Source of the DNA: Neophaeotheca triangularis
Lineage: Eukaryota
Reading direction: 5' to 3'
Length of the DNA stretch: 55,494 bases
Assembly: GCA_054600435.1 (NCBI GenBank)
Contig: BAAIJX010000001.1
Span: forward strand, 1,178,001 to 1,233,494
How positions within the stretch are numbered: the first letter of the stretch is position 1; each line of letters opens with the position of its first letter. A program made the translations under genes and the position numbers. This document shows, one piece after another, positions 48,348 to 55,494 of the stretch. Under the pieces are notes generated by a model that worked only from the letters and a program-made list of their open reading frames with translations, searched no databases and was not told the origin of the DNA.

Positions 48348-50998
48348 ATGCCATTTCGTGATTCCCGTCCGGGAGGGTATCGAGGGGACTATACTCACAA
48401 CAACAATCATTCGCAGCACCAACATGCTGGACGAGGCCAACTGCCTCCGCTGGCACCTCTCATACCACGAGATGCTTCAAGAAGTCGGCCAGGTTCGTCG
48501 TCCTCTGGCCGCGTCTTGAGCTCGAATGCCCCTTCGTCCTCACCTCGACAGTCGCGTGCTACGAATCGCTCTCGAGCCGGTTGCTGTAAGTTGATTCCCG
48601 CGCCTCTCGAAATCAGCCGTGACAAAGTAACTAAACGAACACATAGGGACGTGTAGGGGTCGGAAGGTGAGAAAAGTCTTTGATGATATTACACGCATAC
48701 TTCTGGCTGATCCATCAGAGCAGGTCAAGTGCGATGAAGTCCACCCTCGTTGTGGCGTGAGTTTGCCTTACTCTGGAGTTAGATATGTGCTTTGCTAATT
48801 CTTCGCCAAGCCATGCTCGCGTCTGAACAGAGACTGTGACTGGGACCACAGATGGAACGTAAGTTGAGAGAACCGAGAAGATGGATAGAAGCCATGCTGA
48901 CACAGTGCAGTTCAACGACGCGACTTTGGTAACCCAGGAGAAATATGCGAATATAACCACCGCCGGAAACGCTGTGTGGGACCGTAAGTTACCCTGACAA
49001 CGACGTGAAGTAGAAGAGCTTGGTTTTGAGCTTGTTGGCGCAAGCCAGGTCGCAAGGGCTGCATCAGTGTCACACGTGGGTTCATCTTTCAATCTGACGA
49101 CAAATTCCTAGCACAAGCTCGACATGGCGCAGAAGCTTCCTCTAGCCAATCATCTCAGGACACCCTACCAGCATTTGCTGATCTCACGAGCGAGGACGAG
49201 CGCGAGCGTAAAGCGGAATTGACGAGACCCGGCACCTACAGCGTACTTGTCACCCCCGAGAGCTTCTCAGATCTACCAGAATACGCAGCGGCGGCAGCCA
49301 GTAGCCGACGAGAAAGCCTACAGTCTCAGAGAAGTCTCAGGGGCAGTCCGGACTCATCCATCAGTCACACGCGATCGTTTGGAGATCCGAACATTGTCCT
49401 CATCGAACGCTTCGAAGATGTTCCTCCTGCCATGCCCGTGCCTCCTTCAAGACGGACCAGCTTGCCAGAGACGATGCAACACATGGCAATATCTCGGCCA
49501 AGAGGAGGGTCGTCGGGGTCTCGCTACGTGACAGCGTCTCCAACACCGCCAGAGAGAGGTGAGGCGCGGCTGATTATGCACTTCAGACGATACATTGTTC
49601 CTAGAATCATCCAGCCAGAGGCTGAAGATCTAAAGGAGGGTGTTCCAGCCCCGGGCTCAACACGTGACATGTTCGAGGACGAAGCCTTGCGGTTTCCGCC
49701 GGTCGGTTGACTCTGCACAACATCTGAGCGAATCGGAAAACTAACGACGTATCTTTGTTAGCTTCACCACGCGATGTGTGCGATCTCGGCACTCAACCTA
49801 GCTTACCGCGGACAATCAACCCTCGAAGAAGCTATGCAACACTACCACCTCGCTCTAGCCGCCCAAATACCAGCAAGCGATCCAAACGAGCTGCTTTCAG
49901 ACGGCATCTTCCTTCGGCATTTCTTGCTCTTCTTATACGACATTTCCATCGCAATGAATGCTGAGCATGGCGCTTCAAACATGTGGCAAGAACACCTTAC
50001 GCATCTCGGCCGTATAGCTATTCAACGACACAGTCATGGAAGGGGCCATATCGCAGACGCCTACGTTTTAATGTGCGTTTCCCTATTAGACGTTTACGCC
50101 TGCTTGATGGGTAGCGGCGATTGCAGCTTCATACGGACAATGCTGCACCACAACATGCTTCAACCGGATGGGAACGAACATCCTTCTGCGGGTACGAACG
50201 AACGAATAGACCACCAACTGGCACAGCTCCTCTCCACCCTCCAGCAGTTGAACGTAGGCATCATCGTCATTGGAGGCAACATAGCACAAACCGCCCGCAC
50301 ATTCCGCTCTCAGGCCAGAACGGCACCACGCCCCATTCCTCCCGATCTGCAAGCAACCTGGCAAGCCCACATCACCCGATTCCAAAGAGAACTCGACGCC
50401 CACTGGAAAGCAGCCTGTCCACCATTCCTCCAAATATCCGACCCGCCACCCGAAGCCACACTCAACACCCTCCCCTCTCAAGCCCGTTACATCTTCGAAC
50501 ACGTAAGTATTCCCCAACCCACTCAAGCAAGACCTCTCATCTAACACCAACCCCGCCCACCAGGCCTTCTTCCTCTACCACAGTCTCCATCTCTACACCA
50601 CGCACTCGATGCACCCCCACCAGACCCTCCCAGTAAACCCGCATACCAGCATTCACCCGCACTCAACCCCAATTCTCAATCTCGCCGCCCGCAACCTTTC
50701 CAACTCCGCCCGCCACCGCCATCACCACTACCGTCATCTCGTTTTCCCACTCTTCATGTCCGCGCTCGCACTGCCTCGCGACCAGCCATCACAGGAACAG
50801 ACACTGCAATTGGTCCGACGGCTCGAGAACGAGGGGATCGGGGGCAACAGTCGCAGGGTTGGTGTGCTCATGGGAGTTGTTTTTGAGGTGCAAAGGGGGG
50901 AGGGCGTGAAGATGGAGGAGGGGGAGGAGGTGGAGTGTGTGGACTGGATGAGCTTGGCAAGAGAGAGAGGGTTGGAAGTGGTCAACGCGGGATTGTAG
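48348..50998 (+). CDS. Zn(II)2Cys6 transcription factor with fungal-specific TF domain (~725 aa, 8 exons)
   Basis: Exons 48348-48585, 48647-48666, 48724-48756, 48811-48858, 48911-48983, 49112-49701, 49762-50502, 50564-50998 (2178 nt, open frame). Spliced cluster [33 protein letters not shown], followed by LHHAMCAISAL, HFLLFLYDI and VFPLFM. Confidence 0.9.
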
Positions 50999-53019
50999 CA
51001 GTGTGGGAACTCGTGGGGAATGGGGCTGCAAGTATCTTCCAAACTTGACCAACGAGCTTTCAACTCTGCATCTTCGTGTACTATGTGCCCCTGGAGACAC
51101 GTTACTGGCGCTCTGGACAGGCTTTGTGAAGCACTTTTGAAGCTTAGCAACGACAAGGTCAATACTCAAAGCAAGGATCCGGCACTGCTTCGAGGACCGA
51201 GACTGTTCTGGCGCCGTTGGCCTGGGATTGGGAGGGCCGATTTCGAAGAGAAAAACAACACTGTAACACAGGTTCAGGGGCGGGCAGTAACGATGCTGGT
51301 ACGGCCGTGAAGGAGATCCATGCCATCAAGACACTCGACGGCTTCCTATTCTGCCCACAGGCGTCTAAACCTGTCGAACTCTTCTACACACTCGCTCCTG
51401 AATCGCCATCCTTGCGTCCTCTGACTGAACTTCCCAGCTTGAAGAAGGTACAGCTCAGACTTCTAACAAGAGGAGGACAGAGTTTGAATTCCAATCCCAG
51501 GGGCGGGTCGATTCGCGCGGCTATTGTCGCGTATGCCGGTTCATTGCAAAGTCATCGTCAAATGGACGCCTGCGATCATCGAGCCAAAGGTTTCAGACCG
51601 TGGACCGCGATGGATCCGGGATCAGAAGTCTTCTTGACTCTTCCACTGGCTCCGCAATGCGACGGCCTCGTCCTCACCTGTCGACACAACGATTGCCGTC
51701 GACCAACCCACAGCTCGCAACGAAAGTGGAGGCGGCAATGCTTCCCATGGTTGTTCTACAGCATTGGGCCCTAGTCACTTCGAAGGAGACAAAGGGTGAC
51801 GGTTGGCTTATATGTTAGGCGGTGCGCAGCATGGACGCGACATATGTGATCGATGCCCTGTCAATCAATACGCTTTGCCGCAGATCTGGTCTGCTTCGGC
51901 AAGCAACGCAGGTGGGGTGATGTCTGTCCTTTGGATCCAGCGACGACACGAAAAGACGATCGGAGTCGATGTTTCTCAACGTGATGGCCAGGGCGAGGTA
52001 CTGGAAGCGACACTGTCGACTGGGAGACAGGCTGGCAGACTTGTCATCAACCAAGCCTAATAAAATCAAGATGAATTCGATTTATCGATAGACCCTACCA
52101 AGACCAATTTAAGGATTAGCTTGAATAACAAGCCTTGTTAAGGCTTGATAGGGTCAAGTGACTAATGTGTCTATAGGTGAATGTTGCTGGTTCTCAAACC
52201 AACCTTGGAAACTCTGGCCCTACTGCTGCTCGGAGCTCGTCGTAGCTGCCTCGTTACTAGGTAGTCGGCTAAGGTGCCGGAGATGGTGCCAGAGTCGGAG
52301 CGGTCCACGGCTCCAGGTCAGACAGCAGCTGCTCGAGCGTTACCTAGGTACTCAACGCCGTCGCCATCTGGTGGCTTCCTTGACCCCCTACCGCCAAGAC
52401 ACCGAGAAAGAAGACCAGAAGGAAAACGTTCAGAGACGAGAATCACAAACGCAACAGCAGCAGCGACAACACGACCCCCAGACCACAGCCCCTCGCATCT
52501 TGCTTCCCGCCGAAAACCCCATCTCAAAGCGCTCCCCCAACCACCTTGGCGTCCGCCGTCCACCTTGAGCGCGCTCACCATCTAGCATCAGCAGTAGCAA
52601 GCAAGCCCAAGTCAAACCTCCAAGCCCGTACCTCCTCTCCCAGGCAACAGTGTGAGCACAACTACTCCAACCCCCATTCATCAACTCGAGCCACCCAAGC
52701 CATCCCCGAAGCATCCGCACAAGAACGAAGCACGAACGCTCCAACTCGACTCCAAACAAAGGTGGGGGGGCCAAGTCACTGCCCAGCCATCGTCGCTGCT
52801 CGTAGAACGACCGCGAGTCAAAGCAGTTGATCCGCCATCGCATCCTGCAGGCTGTAAGCTGGAAGCTGCACCGTCGCTGTACCGTAGAACTGTTGCAGGG
52901 ACTACAGCCTCAGTTCTCGAAACGCTTCATTTTCCAGAGTCTGGGCGAGAAGTTGTCAAGGTTTGTTGACAGTAGCCCCACTTTTTCAGAGAAGAGAGAC
53001 TCGGGGTAAGATATAAGTA

Positions 53020-53195
53020 GGTCAGGTCAGGTGTGTCAGTTTAAGTCAAGTCAAGTCAGGTCAAGTAAGGTCAAGTCAGGTCAGGCCAGGTTAGGTCAGG
53101 CTAGGTTAGGTCAGGTCAAGTCAGGTCAGCTTCAGGCTCAGATCAGGTCAGGTCAAGCCTCAAGGTCAAGTTCAGATACAGGCTCAGGTCCAAGT
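53020..53195. repeat. Degenerate pentamer array (GTCAG/GTCAA/GTTAG/GCTAG)
   Basis: Directly visible 5-bp periodicity. Confidence 0.85.
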
Positions 53196-53602
53196 TCAAG
53201 AGCGCCAGGAACAAGTCCAGAAGCAATTCCAAAGCCAACGCCAGCACCAACTCCAACTCCAGCTCAAGATCAGCCCAGCCGAGCCCAACACAACCAAAAC
53301 CCACAACCCTCAAAAAAGAAAGTCCCACAAGATCCAAGGCTAACTTACAAAACCACGCAATCCTCACCAACCCACGCAATCCACCGACGACCTCGAGCGG
53401 TCACATCCCAGGGAAAAAAAAACCCCCCCATCCCCATATATCCACCAACACTCGACATTCGACACGCCATGCATGACTTAGCCATCGCGCAAGTCTTCCA
53501 CAACCAACCGTCCCTCCTGGCGCGAGAGAAGCGGGCAAGGGCAATGGAATTGAGAGCCGTGGTCTTCGGGCAGCTTGGTGTGGATTGTATAAAGGGATTG
53601 GG

Positions 53603-53688
53603 TCTAGCGTGATCGTTGTTTAGCGTGATCATTATCTAGCGTGATCGTTTGTCTAGCGTGATCGTTGTCTAGCGTGATCATTTGTCTA
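53603..53688. repeat. Five tandem copies of the 16-17 bp unit TCTAGCGTGATCRTT(T)G
   Basis: Units start at 53603, 53619, 53635, 53652 and 53668. Confidence 0.9.
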
Positions 53689-54469
53689 TCTAGCTAGGAA
53701 GAGCAGCCGGTAGCGGGCGCCGGGAGGGAGCGTCAAGGGTCGTGGTCTTGTTGGGCTGCTACTGTACTTGCTTGCTAAGGTGTAGATTTGGTGACGGGGC
53801 TGGCGTGGTGTTTAGCTTTGGAGAGCGGGCGTCGTTGGTGGGTGGATGAGGTAGTTGAGAGGGGAGGGGAGGGTTTGGGCTTTGAAATGACGGCCGGGAG
53901 GACGGGCGGCGCGGGTATGGATGGGAGGGAGGGTGTTGAGTTAGTAGTAAAGGGGAGGCGAGAGGAGAGTTGGGGGGGGGGAATCACGAGAGCACTCTTA
54001 AGGGCACGAGGTGAGAAGTTTTCAGGATCTTGGTTGGTAAGAGTTGATTGTCGGTATATCGCAAACCTCCACTACCTACGCACGCTCGCTCTCTGTAAAC
54101 GTATCCCACTGTCACGCTGTCTCGCACCTTGGTCCCTCCCCCAGCTAGCCGTGTTCAAGGGGTTACTTGCCTGTATATAGCCAAAACCCAACCCCGTATT
54201 GCGTGTACTACTCCTCTCCCACCCAACCCTTCTTGGATCATACCCACCTCATTCTGCCATGCCAAAAAAAAAATAGAAAAAATGAAACCCCACCTCATCC
54301 AGCACCCACTCCAACAGCACCAGCCAACCTCCCACTAGTTTTCCCCGAACTAGTAACATTAGCCTCTAAACTCTCCTCTCTCCCATCCCCCCTAACTGCC
54401 TCCCTAGCACCACTAAAACCCGGGTCCTTCCTAGCATCACGCTCTAGACTATCCTACCCTATTCTATAA

Positions 54470-54725
54470 TCCCATCCTATCCTATCCCGTACTATTCCCT
54501 ACTATCCCCTACTATCTTATCCGGTACTATTCCCTACCCTCCTATCCCATCCCATCCCATCCCATCCCGTACTATCCCCTACCGTCCCCTACCATCCCCT
54601 AATATACTACCCTCCTATCCCATCCCATCCCATCCCATCCCGTACTATCCCCTACCATCCCCTACCATCCCCTAATATACTACCCTCCTATCCCACCCCA
54701 TCCCATCCCCCACCACCCCATCCCC
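54470..54725. repeat. C-rich (CCCAT/CCTAT/CCCTACYAT) array containing a 73-bp tandem duplication
   Basis: 54535-54607 and 54608-54680 differ at one position. A partial third copy starts at 54681. Confidence 0.9.
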
Positions 54726-55132
54726 CCGTCCACCTCCTCGTCAATCCCCCCGTCCAGCCCCCTCAACCTCCCCCTCATCACCCACCCCCTCACCACCCTC
54801 CCCCCTCCTATCAACCAACCGCGCACAAGTAACTCTCATCAACCAAAACCTCCACAAAACCACAAACTACAAACAATCCCGCCAGGCCAAACCCCCCATG
54901 ATACCGACTGTCGACGACAGCACAGCACGCCCGAGAGCGCCATTAGTGACATCACGATAGTAGATTGAGGCGAGAACCCGGGGGTAAGAGTATTCGGTTA
55001 TAGTCTAGACTTTGGAGTGGTAGTCTGTAGTGGTAGCGGGGGGGGGGGGGGGCGGTGATGCTGCTTAGCCTGCTTCTTTCTTGGCCTGGCCTTTTATTGA
55101 GGACCTGCTTGTTTTGACGCCCTGCTTGTTTG

Positions 55133-55494
55133 ATTGCCTACTTGTGGGCCCCCTACTTATTTGGTTGCCTACTTATGGGCCCCCTACTTATTTGACCCCC
55201 TACTTGTCGGCCCCTTACTCATCAACCCCTTACTCATCAACCCCTTACTCATCAACCCCTTACTCATCAACCCCCTCCCTCCTCATCAACCAACTCCCTA
55301 CTCATCAACCCCCCTCCCCATCAACCCCCTCCCTCCTTATCAACCCCCTCCCAACTTATCAACCCCCTCCCTCCTCATCAACCCCCTCCCAACTCATCAA
55401 CCCCCTCCCAACTCATCAACCCCCTCCCTACTCATCAACCCCTAACTCATCAACCCCCCTCCCTCCTTATCAACCCCCTCCCTCCTTATCAACC
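55133..55494. repeat. C-rich minisatellite (CCCCTTACTCATCAA x4 and variants) running off the window end
   Basis: Exact 15-mers at 55211, 55226, 55241 and 55256, then degenerate 15-19 bp units. Preceded by CCTACTT-containing repeats and a G15 run at 55038-55052. Confidence 0.9.

Noticed and set aside
51020..53009. ORFs downstream of the transcription factor
   Set aside because: No domain or consistent splice model could be supported.
53031..55445. ORFs 53031-53612 and 55134-55445 (SGQARLGQ and PLLIN repeats)
   Set aside because: Translations of tandem DNA repeats, not credible genes.
55440..55445. Single CCCTAA telomere-like hexamer
   Set aside because: One copy, explicable as a C>T variant of the minisatellite; not a telomeric array.

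Overview
Eukaryotic DNA from a filamentous ascomycete (short GT-AG introns with CTRAC branch sites; a Dothideomycete-like origin is a guess). I spliced 16 protein-coding genes by eye. Conserved genes: NF-X1/FAP1 (runs off the left edge), WD40-cyclophilin Cyp15, an amino-acid permease, gamma-glutamyltranspeptidase, arrestin PalF/Rim8, a Ure2-like GST, proteasome alpha-7 PRE10, G-patch PXR1, a THOC5-like protein, ECM29 and a Zn2Cys6 transcription factor. An accessory-looking block at about 9.5-21 kb holds three genes: a six-exon gene (~954 aa) fusing an apparently catalytically dead OTU deubiquitinase-like domain to a DEDDy 3'-5' exonuclease with intact catalytic residues (the best novelty candidate), a P450 with an atypical I-helix, and a HeLo-like N-terminal-domain protein with no NTPase. 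Other notable items are a hidden 152-aa coiled-coil gene, a uORF overlapping the palF start (TAATG), a 442-nt ECM29 intron with nested inverted repeats and CACGTG repeats, and RIP-like diversified tandem repeats in the last 2.5 kb. All domain calls come from motif recognition, not database searches.
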